A stretch of 64,000 bases of DNA, taken from assembly GCF_009914755.1 (NCBI RefSeq), contig NC_060930.1; one strand, written 5' to 3'. Below, in pieces: positions 26,961-42,777 of the stretch. A program made the position numbers and the translations under genes. The number at the start of each line of letters is the position of its first letter. The stretch's first letter is position 1. The notes beneath the pieces are model-generated. The model was not told the DNA's origin, ran no database searches, and saw only the letters and a program-made list of their open reading frames with translations. The DNA comes from the human T2T-CHM13v2.0 reference genome, Homo sapiens.

Positions 26961-27922
26961 ACTATACCTAGGAAGGCCAGCGGTTGTGTTTGAGCCAGCG
27001 TCTTCAGGGTTGCGTAAGAGTTTTACAGACATCCGAGGGTGGGTTGGGCAGTCCGGCAATGAAAACAGGCACAAACACACCAAGGCAGGAAAGAGCAGAG
27101 CCCCTGCTGGCACCTGCATGGTGCCTTGTGGCCCAGGCCCAGGCTATGTGTAGGGGAAGGTGGCTGCTAAGAGCTGGGATGAAAGGAAAGTCGTGGGTGT
27201 GGTGCGCGGGAGGTAAGATGCGCTGGGTTGCTACGCTACCTCATTAAGGAAGCAAGAACAAACATAGGCCAGCTGAGTAGACACACACACTAGTGCTGCT
27301 TGGGGCCCTGCTGTGCTCTGTTGAGATGCAGTTAATGTCCTAGCGGCAGAGGAGTTGGCCCTGCTGTCAGGGAGGGAGGAACAGGTGCCAGGAGCTGGCA
27401 CTGGCTTGAAAACACTTTCAAGTGTGCCCTTCAGTGGGTTCTCTACAGTTCCTACAGAAGTGGGCCAGCTGCTGCGGGGGCTGGGCAGTGAAAGCCAGGT
27501 GCACCGGCGAAGGACCTGGCCTCTCTCTGAGAGGACGGAGGGCCACTGGCAAGCTTTAATTTGGAAAGCGGTATGATGGGCTTGTCCTAAAGGGTTACTT
27601 CTTCTCTAGAGACTTTGACAGAGAATAGTACTTCGACTTAGAGAAATTCATCTCATTTAGCAAATATACAGAACTGAATCACAAGCTTGTACAGAGAACA
27701 CTGGTGCAGATATTTCTCAGATCATATTCTGTGAAGGGCCAACTACCCTGTTCTCATTTAAGAATGGCCTGAAAATGTGTGATTTCTGCCCAGTCTTAAT
27801 CTCTTAGAGTCACAAAAAAATACTTTTACTTAGGATATTTCAGAAATATGGAACGTCTGCAAACACTCATGAGATTTTAACAAAGAGTTAAGATTTAAAC
27901 ACTATATAAAGGATCATGTATT

Positions 27923-27959
27923 ATCCTGTTCAATATAGCACAGGAAAAAAAAAGTAAAA
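27923..27959 (+). mobile_element. 37 nt A-tailed micro-insertion between 17 bp direct repeats
   Basis: ataaaggatcatgtatt at 27906-27922 and 27960-27976. Confidence 0.65.
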
Positions 27960-28491
27960 ATAAAGGATCATGTATTGAAACTATGTTCTTATTTCAAAAT
28001 AACATGTACATGACAAATATATACAGTTTTTTGTCAATTGAAAATAAAATTATGTTCATTGTGCTGTGTGTGTTGGCACCGAGGGACAAAGGAAAAATCA
28101 AAGGTTATAAAAGAGGATATTCTCCCTCAGCTGTGCTCCTCAGGAACATTTCTTCATTGATAGATTTAGGCATCTGTCCCTATTCATGACATAAGTTGTG
28201 TGGTGTGCCCAATAGTGTATATAACAAGACAGCTAAAGGTGGATTGTGCACTTGTGAGCATGGTAAGTCTCCAAAAGTGTTCATAGGATGATGACAGTGT
28301 GGTGGTGATATTTTAGAGGAAGAAAAGTCTTTTTCAGACTGCTGTTCCACTACTGGCTTTTAGAGTATGGAGGATGAATAATGCAACTCATCATCACTCT
28401 TTCTTGTCTATTCCTTCCCCTTCATGTCCTCTGGAAAACAGCTAAACAACTTGTATCCTCTTGTACACAGTTTAAGAAACGACCAGCTACA

Positions 28492-30282
<1,791 letters not shown>

Positions 30283-31279
30283 AGAAATAACCCGCTGCAA
30301 TTTTGACTTAGTTGTTTTGTTATTTTGGGAAACAGGGAAGGTGAGAAGAAACTAGTTTACATATACAAAGTCCACACACACACACACACACTCATATTCT
30401 GGGCTGTGTGTACTTTCATTGTGCCTTAAAATCTGGAAAACATGGGCTCAGATCTCCTAACTCCACAATTTATGGAAAGTTCAGTGCCCTTGCCAAGAGC
30501 AATCTGAATTTCCAAGGGTGTTAGGCTAATAGGGTTGCTTCTTTATTTGAGCCCCTGCTTCTGCTAGACTGTTTTGCCCAGAGCGTCACTGCCCTGCATG
30601 TGAGGAACCTGATCCACATGATGGGAAACCGGCCATGGATCTCCCCCACATTCAAAGAGTAACCAAACATGCTACTCACCCAGGGTCTTAGGATGTGAGG
30701 TCGACTTTATTGAAGGTTTGGGGGAGATGATTGAAAGTTTATATCACAGAAACTCATACAACTTTAAAGCTAAACAACCTCCACCTCTCTCCTTAAAAGC
30801 CCTTGACCTCTCCGTTTTGTTGCTCTTTCATTTCACCTTTCTTTCTCCTCTACTTTTTTAAAAAAAAAAATTATCTATTTTTAAAAAATATGATGAAGAA
30901 TTCCCCACCTGCGAAACAGTTAAGCTATCTCCATTCCCTACTCTGAAACTCAACGCAAACTACTTGCTCATAGAAGACTCAGGGAACTCTGATGCCCAGG
31001 GTTGATGGGCCTGGCCTTTCTTGGCTGACTGAATCCTTGAACCAGGACTAAAAATCTCACAGTCCATAGCTCTGCCTGGCAAGATCACAGCTGATTGCTA
31101 TGTTGCTCTCTGTGCTTTCTCATATTTTTCAAATTGTTGCCCATATTTTTTATGCAGGCAAAAGTAAATGATCAAATGCTTTTAAAATGTTCTGCAAAAA
31201 TAAACCCAGGCTCTTGTGGAAAATAGTTTCTTGGAGGATATATATCAAGGAAATTTGAAGGTGAAGTGGATGCTAAGAG

Positions 31280-31505
31280 CAGGCAGTCCCCGAACTTTTC
31301 CTGTAAAGAGCCAGAGAGTAAATATTTCAGACTTTGTAGGCCAAACACTCTCTGTCACAAATATTCAACTCTGCCATTGTTGCCAGAAAGCAGCCAGCAA
31401 CAATACACAAACAAGTGAGCCTGGCTGTGTTCCAATAAAACTTTATTTACAAACTAGAGGTAAGCCTGATGATCGAGTCCGTGAGCTATAGCTTGCCAAC
31501 GCCTG
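31280..31505 (+). mobile_element. MER58A hAT-Charlie element
   Basis: ctgtaaagagccagagagtaaatattt...ggctgtgttccaataaaactttatttacaaa; CAGG...CCTG ends; TSD ctaagag. Confidence 0.9.
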
Positions 31506-31657
31506 CTAAGAGGAAGTGTTGAATGTATATATGTGCTTGATGGGAACTTGAATGACACTCTCACAAAGGGGAAAGTTAAGATGATGTGGTAAAGCCATCA
31601 TATAGCTTTCATAAAATTTAATTGTTTCTCTTTTTAGTATCTTTCAGAGAAAGTTTA

Positions 31658-31947
31658 TTTGTTTTTTCGTTTGTTCTTGGGTTTGTTTGTTTGTTTGTTT
31701 GTTTTGAGTCTTGTTCTGTAGCCCAGGCAGGAGTGCAGTGGCACAATATCGGCTCACTACAACCTCCTGCCTCCTGAGTCGCTGGGATTATAGGAGTCTG
31801 CCACGATGCCCAGCTAATTTTTTGTATTTTTAGTAGAGACGGGATTTCGCTATGTTGGCCAAGTCTCAAACTCCTGGCCTCAGGCTATCCGCTGGCCTCA
31901 GCCTCCCAAAATGCTGCAATTACAGGCATGAGCCACCATGCCTGGCC
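31658..31947 (-). mobile_element. Alu (S/J) with small internal deletion
   Basis: Antisense dimer; TSD aaagttta. Confidence 0.9.
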
Positions 31948-32379
31948 CAAAAGTTTAGAAAGAAAAATGACTTAGCTCCTTCAAAAACTAAATTTTAAAA
32001 GGAATTGGAAGGCTAAGGTGCTAGGTTCAAAGAAAAAGTAAGTTGGATTAGATAAAAATACATCTGTCTGGTGAAGAAAAACTTTCTTGTTAGCGGAGAG
32101 GCAACATTAGGCAAAGAACTGCTGGCCATGGTCTCAGGAACCCTGAACATGTCTGGCCTCTGGCAGGAACTTTGTGACGTTCAAATCAGTTAACTTCTCA
32201 GGGGCACAAGCTTCTTTCTGGTAAATGATAACGTTGCATTAGATGAGGCCAATGCTTTTCCAGCTCTAGGATTCCATTAAAGATTACCTCAGAATCTTAC
32301 AGAGAATTAGGGGCAGACACGACAATCTATTTTTCCTCTTTTCCTCCTTAAGAGTTAATAAATCGATCTAGTGCTTCCC

Positions 32380-32600
32380 ACCAGCCAGGTGGTTGCTTTA
32401 CATTATCTTACTTCACAGCTCTCATCCCTGGACATGTCCAGTTGACCCTAGAGTTTGGGTATCATTATCTTGACCTTTTAATAAAGAACATAGGCTTCTC
32501 AATAGTCAAATGATTTACCCATGGTTATATGTTATATAAATAATAAGAGTTAGAACTGAGAGACTGACTCTAGGCCCAGCATTTTAGGCTATAGCACTAA
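32380..32600 (-). mobile_element. MIR
   Basis: tgctttacattatcttacttcacagc...aaatgatttacccatggtta. Confidence 0.55.
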
Positions 32601-34012
32601 TTTCCTTTCATCATAGATGTATACCCTCCTTGTTGTCAGGAAATAAAAAAATTGGATACTGAAAAACAAATGGGAACTTTCTTCTGAGAGTTAGCACAAA
32701 TGGGAGAAGTCAGTAGGAAATTTGCAAAGTACATATTGGAGGTTCAACTATTGAGGGAAACCTTTGACAGCAAGAGTAGGTTTAACATAAGTTAAAGGCA
32801 ATTTTCTACATAGGTCTAAAAAATAAAAACTAGGTTAGGTTGGGAGAGATGGTTGTTGAAAAAGAGTGTGAAGGAGGATCCAGATGTCAATTCCAATCTG
32901 TATCTGGGGATCCTAAAGGGAAAAAAATCCTCCAAAGGAGAGAGAACTGCTCTTGCAAGTTCATTTCCCAAGTGAAAGACAGCTTTGCTACATTTGCAGC
33001 TAGGCTTTACAAGAAAAAGGATGGTATACCTGGAGGCAAGCTAGGATTTTCTGAAGGAGGAACAAATTGTACATCTTTCTCCTACTGCCTTCTGACCTCT
33101 GGTTAGTCCCCTAATGAAGACCAATAGATTATTTTAGACCTCACAGAAACAGGGCAGAGGGAAGGAGGAGTGGTGCCTTACTCACAGAAGGAAGTCATTA
33201 TCATCTTTGAAGATGACTTCAGACACAGCAGTGGCAGTGATAGCCTTTTGCTTTCAATTACTAACATTTTGAGTAAAAGAAATGGTAGTATCTTAGCATC
33301 AGGCTTTTGTTGGGAAATATGTTCTAGCCTATTTTTTTTTTTACTTTCATATTGTGTGTAAGTGTGTGTGCATGCATGTGCATGCATAAAAGTTTTCTGG
33401 TCACGAAGGGCCTTTTACTGTCACTAATGGAAGCAGGAGAGACCATTACAGAACATGGAAGCATTAGTGCCCAGGAAATGTGTTCTTGTTTGGAGCCAGA
33501 TAATTATGGTGAATAGAGAAGCCCTAGCTACCATCAGCTTGTTGATGTGCCTTTTGGGGCATCCTGACAAGGAGGTTACTGTTAGTCAGAAGAAAAACAA
33601 ATCAAAGTCGGATGAACACAGGGAGTTCATGAGGAAGGAAGATGAATTAAATAAGCAGGAAGACAATTATCCTTCTCCACCAATACAGCCATAAGCTTTG
33701 TTCAATATTTCCAACTTAAGATATTCAGCTAATGGTTTTCGGGCAAGGTCAGGTCGGTCAGTCTAGAAACGAAAACAGCTCACTCTGCTGTTTCACCTGT
33801 TCCCTCACCTCTTTTTCCACAGGGAATCTTACAAAAGTGAATTGCATTGACAGTTCAGTCCATATCACCAGCTGAAATCTCCACTGTGTCAATGCAAAAA
33901 ATTATGTCTGCTTTTAGGAACTGAGGCATTTTAGTGGAACTTGGCTTCCTCTCAAATTAGGATAAACTCTTGAAACTGAAGATTAGTTTATATTTTAATA
34001 TCGTTAGAAACT

Positions 34013-34314
34013 GGCCAGGCATGGTGGCTCACACCTGTGATCCCAGCCCTTTGGGAGGCCGAGGTGGGCAGATCACTTGAGGTCAGGAGTTCGAGACCAG
34101 CCTGGCCAACATGGTGAAATCCCATCTCCACTAAAAATACAAAAATTAGCTGGGCAAGGTGGCGTGCACCTGTAATCTCAGCTACTCGGGAGGCTGAGGC
34201 ATGAGAATCATTTGAACCTCAGAGGCAGAGGTTGCAGTGAGCCGAGATTGTGCCGTTGCACTTCAGCCTGGGCAACAGGGTGAGACTCCGTCTCAAAATA
34301 ATAATAATAATAAT
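34013..34314 (+). mobile_element. AluS with (TAA)n tail
   Basis: Full dimer; degenerate TSD aatatcgttagaaa/aacatctttagaaa. Confidence 0.95.
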
Positions 34315-35139
34315 AACATCTTTAGAAATCATTATAATCAAATTAAATCAAATCATTGTACTTTAGTAATCTTTTCGTGGCAGAACTCAAGCAGGTAAGA
34401 ACATCCCTAAGTGACTAAACCAGGCAGAGGACACATTTAAATTAGATCAGGCTGAGAGGTATTTAAAACTGGGAGGGAATGGAAATTAGCCAAATGTTGA
34501 TCAGCTATATTTATTAATAGAGGGGTATATTGCAATTGTGGAGGCTACATGGGAAAGTCCTGGTCAGAAGTCATGTTTGGCAAACGGAAAGGAGAAAAGT
34601 AATCCTGCCAGGTAAAAAGGGTTCTGCTGAGAAACATGGATCCCCACAGGGTATTGTGGAAGAAGTAGAACGAGGAAATTCATTTAAATGCCTTCATGGA
34701 AAGGAGGACTCTCAGGAGCTTTCCCAGCTGCCTTTTCAACCCCACAGGGTCTCCCCTCACACATCTTTAAAAAGCTTTCATTTTCTACATCAACACCCGG
34801 GGGGGTCATGTGCTCATCCTTCCTTGCTCAAAGTCTCTTTCTCTCTTTTCTCTCTTCCAGAGTGCAGTGGTAATATAAAGACAGCTTAGATCCCATGACC
34901 CCCACGTACCTCCATTTTATCAGATTTCTTTGAGTCAGCTTGCACAGCAAGTTTAAACTGGGGAGAGGACTAAACCAAAATTCTCTAAGGAGTATTTCTT
35001 CCATGGCTCTGCTCTACCTGGTCTGAAAAGAAGCAGCAGAAGAAAAAAGTGACACTGAATACCATATTGTGTAGCATATTTTAGGAGAGGGGTAGCTTCT
35101 GGCTTTAGTGATTGTTTTGTGTTGATAAGACGTAACTGC

Positions 35140-35385
35140 TTATGTACAAACTCTGAAGAAAGAAAGGCTTGGTTGCCCTTAAGCTGCGGTCAAATATTTG
35201 AAGGCTTGTTCTAAAGAAGAGTACTGAATTTATTCTTGTTACTCCAAAGGGAAGAACTACAACCATGTGTAGAATTCATGGAAAAAATATTTTGACTCGG
35301 CATTAAAAAACAGGCGTTACCTTTACTGCCTTGAAAAGTAGTGAAACTTCCAGCACTGAGAATGTTCAAGCAGAATGCAACCTGA
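35140..35385 (+). mobile_element. L3/CR1 3' fragment
   Basis: tcaaatatttgaaggcttgt...ttattcttgttactcca...gtagtgaaacttccagcactgagaatgttcaagcaga. Confidence 0.7.
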
Positions 35386-35388
35386 GTT

Positions 35389-35815
35389 GTATTAGTCAGG
35401 GATGGCTAAGCTGAAGTAACAAGTACACCCAAAAGACTCAGTGACCCAAAGAACAAGAAGTTTGTTTGTTTTCTCTGCTGTGCCAGCCCTGGGCAGGTAT
35501 TCCAGCCAGTGGTTCTCCCTCCACACCCCCACCATTCCACAGTCATTCAAAAACCCAGGCTAAATGATGATTCTGATGTGTCTGAGTTGTCCTGGACACC
35601 ACCATCCCAGTGCCCTGGAACAAGGAAAGAGCATGAACATCACACAGGGGAAGTTGTTATAGGCTAGGCTTGGAAGTGGCACACATCCCCATCTCCTCCA
35701 CTACTCCCAGTGTATTGGCTGGAACTCAGTCTCATGGCCATAACTAACTGCAAGGGAGACTGGGGAACATGGTCTACCTGGTGATCTTGGACTAGCTATT
35801 TAATATCTCAGCCAC
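35389..35815 (-). mobile_element. Old MLT1 LTR
   Basis: tgtattagtcagggatggctaagctg...catggccataactaactgcaagggagactggg. Confidence 0.8.
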
Positions 35816-35846
35816 ATTTTCCTCAACTGTAAAAAATGAAGATAAC

Positions 35847-36830
35847 TCAAAAGATACTATCAAGAAAGCAAAAAGACAACCCACAGAATGGGAGAAAATG
35901 CAAGTCATATATCTAATAAGGGTCTCTATAAAGAATAAATAAAGAACTATTATAACTCAATGATAGAAAAGACAACCCAATTTAAAAATGACAAAAGATT
36001 TGAAAAGGAATTTCTCCAAAGAAGTGTATAAATGGCCAATAAGAACAAAGAAAAAAGCTCATCATTGGTCATCAGAGATACACAATTCAAAACCACAATG
36101 AGATACTACTTTACACCCATTGAGAAGGCTAGAATAAAAAAGACAATAATAAGTGTTGAGAAATTGGAACCCTTATACAACACAGGTGGGAATGTAAAAT
36201 GGTACAGCTGCTTTGGAAAGCAGTTTGACAGTTCCTCAAAAAAGTTAAACATAGAGTTACCACATGACTCAGCAATTTCACTCTTAGATATATACCCAAG
36301 AGAAATAAAAACATATAGCCACACAAAAATGTATACACAAATGTTCACACCTGAATTATTCATAACAGCCAAAATGTGGAAACAAACCAAATACCAAATG
36401 ACCATCAACTGGTCAATGAACAGATAAGCAAAATGTGATATATCCATACAACGGACTATTATTTAGCCATAAAAAAGAATGAAGTAGGGAGACAGGCTAT
36501 GGCATGAACCTTGAAAACATTATGCTAAGTGAAAGAAGCCAGACACAAAAGGTTACATATTGTATTACTCCATTTATATAAAATGTCCAGAATATACAAA
36601 TTCATAGAAACAAAAAATGGGTTAGTGGCTTAGAAGGTTTTGGGGGACAGAGAAACAGGGAGTGACTGATAATAGACATAGTATTTCTTTTTGTAGTGAT
36701 GAAAAGTTTCTGCAATTAATAGTGATGGTTGAACAACATTGTGAATACACTAAAAAACACTGAATTGTGTAACTTAAAAACGTGACTTCTATATGTAAAT
36801 TTAAATAATAAAGCTATCCATTAAAAATAA
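35847..36830 (+). mobile_element. L1MB-type 3' end inserted in a MIR
   Basis: gaaccttgaaaacattatgctaagtgaaagaagccagacacaaaagg; MIR core halves on either side. Confidence 0.9.
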
Positions 36831-36849
36831 TACCTACCTGTGCTAAGAC

Positions 36850-37357
36850 TGCAATTTGATACTATTTCGCCTTTCTTTCATAGTAATAGGATTATAGTTG
36901 AGACCTAGCTGTCCAGTGAGGAACTACATTTCCTATGTTTCATTGCACAAATTGGGGTGGCCATGAGGTAAGTTCTCGCTAATGAAACGTGGGAATGGTA
37001 ACAGCTAAAGCAAGCTTGGGAGCCATATCTTGCAGAAAACAGGGCCACTGCCAGCCCAAGGGTATAGATGACATCACACAGCAGAGCTGCCATCAAAACT
37101 CACCTCAAGGCTGTTGGTGGAGAAACACACTTCTGGATTCTTAAGCCACTCTATTTTGGATTCCATTTGTTACAGAAGCTAGTGTTACTCCATCCATGCA
37201 GAAGTATGTAAATGAAATAGGTGCTATCTTAACAAAAATCTAATATGCATGCCATTGGCTTAACAGTCAGGCAGTGAGTGGTGAAGAAATAAACATTATA
37301 GGCTGGGAAGTTGGAGACATTTCTATACCACACAAAACATTTGTCTGCAGTAACATG
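36850..37357 (+). mobile_element. MLT1 LTR plus start of MLT1 internal region
   Basis: actacatttcc...ggtggccatg...ttaagccactctattttgga...tgttacag, followed by ggtgctatcttaacaaaaatctaa. Confidence 0.7.
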
Positions 37358-37723
37358 CAGTAGTCCCCCCTTTCCCAAGGAGGATATATTACAAGACGTC
37401 CAGCGTATGCCTGAAATCTTGGATAGCACTGAACCCTATATATACTATTAAAAACTATATTTTTTCAATCTGATAACCAAAGTGGCTACTAAGTGAATAA
37501 TGGATAGATTATTTATACAGCTGGACAAAGGGATGATTCACATCCTGGGCAGGACGGAGTGGGATGGTGAGAGACTTCATCACCCTACTCAGAATGGCAT
37601 GTAATTTAAAACTCACGCATGAATTATTTATTTCTGGAATTTTCCATTTAATATTTTAGAGTCACATTTGACCTCCAGTAACTGAAACCACAGAACGTGA
37701 AACCACAGATAAGGGGACTACTG
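37358..37723 (-). mobile_element. MER44A-like TcMar-Tigger MITE
   Basis: Terminal inverted repeats cagtagtcccc / ggggactactg; ctggacaaagggatgattcacatcc. Confidence 0.88.
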
Positions 37724-37919
37724 TACCTACTGAGCCGGTAGCTCTGAGGTAACTGCTTGAACAGAACTGCACATTTGTGTGTATTGCCTGCTCCTTGCTG
37801 TTTTTAGCATGACTTTATAAAAAAAGAGAACACAATATAAAAAAAATGGCTGGAAGGAAATAGAACCAAAACACAACAAAAAAACGGAAGGAAATAGAAA
37901 AAGTACAGAAATCTATAAT

Positions 37920-38690
37920 TTCATATTCATTCATTTGTTCATTCATTCAACAAATATGTTCCAAGCACTTGGACTACACCAGTGAACAAAATATACAGTA
38001 AAGCTTATGAAATTTCAATTGGAAAGACATAATACAAACAAAACATATAATAAATAAATTATCTATGTTACAAATATGTCATGGAAAACAAAATTATGGA
38101 GGACAGTGAGCACAAGAGTGGGGGACAGTTTGTGATTTTGAGTAGGATGGTCCTGGTTAGCCCTATTGAGAGGGCAATAATTTGAGCAAAGACTTGCAGA
38201 TGAGGGAGTTCAATGAATAGGTGCCTAGAGAAATTGTGTTCTAGGCAGAAGAATAAGATGGTCAAGAGCCTGAGATGGATGTGACTAGTGTTTTCAAGGA
38301 ACACCAAGGAAGCCTGTGTGGCTGGAGTTGTGTTAGCAAGGGGAGTTAGCAAGTAAGTGACAAGTCACAGAGGAAAATGGGGCTGTCCATATGACTTTAG
38401 CTTTTACTCTAGTGAAAAGGGGAGCCTTCCAGGGTGTTGAGCAGAGGAGCAACATTTCAAAAGGCTCACTCTTGCTCTGGGAGGGAAATGCAGAAACACA
38501 TGTCTAAGTCAAGAGGTGCTAACAGTAACCCGGGCCAGGGATGAAGGTTGCTCAGACCAGGGTGATAGCATGGGAGGCCAAGAGAAAAGATGGACTCAGG
38601 TTAACTTTTGAAAAGATGTTTTTGCTGAAAGACTGGAGGTGGGTTGTGAAAGAAAGTGAGGAATAAATGACTCCAGAGTTATTAGAAGAA
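37920..38690 (-). mobile_element. L2 3' part
   Basis: ttcattcattcaacaaatatg...ggaacaccaaggaagcctgtgtggctggag. Confidence 0.85.
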
Positions 38691-39334
38691 TAAAGTTAAA
38701 TGATGCAAATAAAATATAAACACTAAGACCAAAGCCAAATGGATGTCAAATTGTCAAGTTATACAAGAGGGTATTTCATAAAGTGTGTCAGAAATATGGT
38801 TTAGGCTTAAGGCAAAAATGATCTGCCTAGTACCCCACAAATATCACAACTCCCACAACTGAATTAAACTGGTCCTCTGGAAGCTGAAGAATTTAGGGAG
38901 GGGACGGCTGATTAGCACATAGACATTGGAAGAGCAACGGGAGTCTAGCACATCTGAGAATAAGTTGTCCAGCAAAGCAGAAGAGAGTCAGGGCCCATGA
39001 ATCTCTCAGTGCAGCCCTCTCCCCACAGCAACACACTGGATAGGATGCTCTCAGCAATCTCCCAGTGGTCATCCTCCTCCCTCAGGAAAGAATAAGAACA
39101 CAGTGGGAAAAGAGACTAGCAGCTTTTCCCTGGAAACACAAAGAATGAGGAATAAAAAATGTTCTCCATAACAATCAGGATTATTGAACTGTACAAATAG
39201 AAATATATTTACTTTTAGAATAGAATAATTCTTCAGGACATGTCTTTAAAATCTTATTTTAGAGGGCATATATAAAAGAATTAGTTCATTCTTATGTTTA
39301 CAATATTCTTCATCGCTTAGCCAATGAATTTCTC

Positions 39335-39560
39335 TGAGAGGCAATAGTGTTATGAAAACAGCCTAACTTTGGGGGGCCAGTTATAATCTTGACCCCTCCA
39401 CCTACTAGCTGTGTAGGTAAGTTACTTAACAGCTTTCAGCTTCAATTTCCTGGCTATAAGAGAGGAGCAATGGTACTGGATGAATGAGATGCATATGGAA
39501 GGTAAATATTATAGTGTCCCCCTCATAAACTGCACCAACAAAGGTTAGTTTCTCCTTAAT
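39335..39560 (+). mobile_element. MIR
   Basis: ccacctactagctgtgtaggtaagttacttaac...cttcaatttcc. Confidence 0.75.
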
Positions 39561-40457
39561 ACAAGAGGCTCAGTTGTGATGTGGAATGCCAGCTTTCTGA
39601 TATACTTGGAATAGAGCTGTTCTTCCTGAAACACTGGCTCTCATATATGACATGCAGCTTGCCCAAGTTGAAAGGGGACATTTTACTTTCCATTCAAACT
39701 CCCTCGGCCTCATTTTGGGGCAGCTTCTGAAAGCTTGTTGACCCCAAGTGCCACACTTCTGATAAGAACTGATAAGAGAATTCGATACAATGATGAAAAG
39801 GATCATCTCATGAAAGAAACTTTTCTTGTGATGTCTTCAGCCCTAGCTCAAAGTCTTGTGGTTGCCAGCAGATCAAAAAAAGCCTGGGGTTAAAATAAAA
39901 CCTCCATGGAGGTTTGTTTGTGGAAGCTGACTTGCTGGAAGACTACATTACTCAATGATTTTACAGTCTATTCTTATTGATGATATTTCAATTATATGCA
40001 GTTGATTACAAATTTTTCTAACACCATAGTACTGGTTCAGAGCTCTTACTAATTATGAGAGATGCTGTGGAAAATTATGATAAGGGAATTTCAAATGCTT
40101 TAATTAAAATTATTCACAGAATTGACATTTATGACTAATTTGGTTCTTCTTTTATGCTATAAGTTAATCCATATTTTGTGTCGTATATGAAAGGAAATTA
40201 GGAGAATATCAGGAGCAAACTACTACCAGCAGCAATAGCAGTTGTCTATTTATAAAATAGTCTCTAGTGTTCAAAGAAAAAAAATCTATATAGAAAGATT
40301 TATTTTAAAATGGTCTGAACATATTACTAGATGAGAGTCAATTGCTTCATAGCATTCTTTGGCATTCTTCAGCATTTTCCCACAGCAATTTATGCCTTTG
40401 TGTAATATGATATAATAGAAAGAAGTAGACTTTGGGAGTTTAAAAGTTCTTGGTTTT

Positions 40458-40854
<397 letters not shown>

Positions 40855-41184
40855 TCATAAGATTGTTCTACAGATCTAACAAGTAAATCGTAGAAAACAT
40901 CTAGTGTTGGGACTAGTATCTAGCAGGCACTCGATAAATGGTAACTATTATTTACATGGATAGCTATCATAATTCTTTTGATTCTATTTCTGAAGGAGAA
41001 TGCTATATGAAATCCGAGTCCAAAAAATATATATGCTGGAGAGAGATATTCATAGCTATAAAGTAAAACAGAAGAAAATGGAATCTCATTTTTTAAGCTA
41101 CCTATTATTTTTGCATGATTATTATGTGGCAGACAATATGCTGAGACATTTACATGAGTTGTCTTATATAACACTCACAATAAC

Positions 41185-41481
<297 letters not shown>

Positions 41482-41687
41482 CACAATAACTTTTTTTCTT
41501 TTTTAAAAGTGAGATGGAATTCCCACACTATAAATTTACCAGTTTAAATAGTACAATTCAGTGGGTTTTAGTATATTCACAAGATGGTGCAACCATCATC
41601 AATATCTAATCCCAGAACATTTCCTTACCACAGAAACTCTACACCCATTAGCAGTCATTGTCCCACTCCACAGCTCCTGGAAACCAC

Positions 41688-42357
<670 letters not shown>

Positions 42358-42777
42358 ACTAATAATCTACATTCTGTCTCTATGGATTTGCTTGTTCTTG
42401 ATATTTTATGTAAATCAAATCATACAATATGCAGCCTTTTGTCCCTGGCTTCTTTAACTTAGCATAATATTTTCAAAGTTTATCCATGTGGTAGCAGCTG
42501 TCAGTACTTCATTTTCATGTCTGAATAATATTCTCTTGTGTGGATATAACACATTTCGTTTATCCATTCATCAATTAATGGCACAATAACATTTTACAGC
42601 TGAGAATATTGAAACCTAGAAAGTTTAAGAAAACTTGCCAAAGATCACACAATTAATCAGTACCAGGGCAAGGATTTTAACCATAGCTTTTTTAAAATGC
42701 AAAGTTCATATTCTTAATCATTTTTCCTTATTATATCTAATTTTAAAAATAGATTGGTATATAATGAGAAATAAAAG

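Noticed and set aside
33352-33387. (TG)n/TGCATG cluster (Z-DNA or RBFOX-like)
   Set aside because: Degenerate microsatellite with no supported adjacent exon
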